From: Octopus sinensis
Taxonomy: Eukaryota
Direction of reading: 5' to 3'
NCBI RefSeq assembly: GCF_006345805.1
Contig: NC_043002.1
Coordinates: 3,472,001-3,536,000, forward strand
Length of the DNA: 64,000 nucleotides
Positions 63,320 to 64,000 of this stretch are shown in pieces; position 1 is the first letter of the stretch, and every line of letters starts with the position of its first letter. Under the pieces are notes generated by a model, which had not been told where the DNA came from, ran no database searches, and saw only the letters and a list, made by a program, of their open reading frames with translations. The position numbers were made by a program, and so were the translations under genes.

Positions 63320-63500
63320 CTTTCCAAATACATAGTTTTGAGTTCACTCCCACTACACAGCACCTTGAATGAGGGTCTTCCACTATAGCCCTGGGCCAAC
63401 CAAGCCTTACAAGTGGATTTGATGGACAGGAACTAAAGAAGCTTGTTGTGTGTATGTGTGTGTGAATGCGTGTCTGTTTGTCTCCACACCACTACTTGAC
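63320..63500 (+). mobile_element. Degenerate family A SINE head
   Basis: GAGTTCACTCCCACT..CAGCACCTTG...CACTATAGCCCTGGGCCAACC.AGCCTT...GTGGATTTG. Confidence 0.6.
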
Positions 63501-64000
63501 CTATAGAGAGACTGGGTTGTGATTGTGTGTATGTAGATATGTGTATGTATATGCATGTGCTACATGCATGTATGTGAATGTGTGTATGTATAAGTTATAG
63601 ATATATATGCATGCATAAGCGTATATACATACATGTAAGTAAATATATGTGTGTATGCATATGAAAATGTATGTATATGTGTCTGCAAGTTGTGACTATG
63701 TATGTGGTAGGTATAAATGTGTATATAAATGTATATACAAATAAGTCCTTCTGTATATAAATATGTGGATGCATGTACATATTAGGGCATATAGGATTTT
63801 GATGTACGATACACTTACATAAACTACTTGAGCGTTCCTATACATGTAAAGGTAGGTTTGCCAATGTATCGCTCATAGTTTGAATGTACTTATGCATTTT
63901 TCTACTTGCAATACATCAAGGGTCACAGTAGCAGTGCAATCTAGATATGCCATTAAAGAACATCTACATATACATGCTTCATTGGTTAAGAAATACCTCC

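Overview
AT-rich, microsatellite-laden eukaryotic genomic DNA. The SINE/LINE repertoire suggests a cephalopod (Octopus-like) genome, which is my inference. It is not prokaryotic: no operons, rRNA, true tRNA or CRISPR array were seen. The only clear host coding sequence is a terminal exon at 2-466 encoding a PNP/UDP-phosphorylase-family (MTA/SAH nucleosidase-like) domain, followed by about 4.4 kb of repeat-free DNA that looks like a long 3'UTR. A candidate cluster of phase-compatible microexons lies at 53.6-54.0 kb. Most of the rest is transposon debris: RTE, CR1/L2-like and Dong/R4-like LINE fragments, at least four SINE-like families, a mariner relic, TTAA-flanked MITEs and a Helentron-like element. 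The most unusual signal is a set of foldback elements (10.3-10.85 kb, 13.9-14.15 kb, 28.2-28.5 kb) plus a lone relic at 35.05 kb. They carry minimal type I hammerhead-ribozyme folds with non-canonical cores, including a G3:C8-swapped core (GUGAACA) that forms the exact loop of a perfect 89-bp hairpin. Most ORFs in the supplied track are artefacts of microsatellites and repeats. Boundaries of degenerate repeats are approximate (about +/-20 bp).
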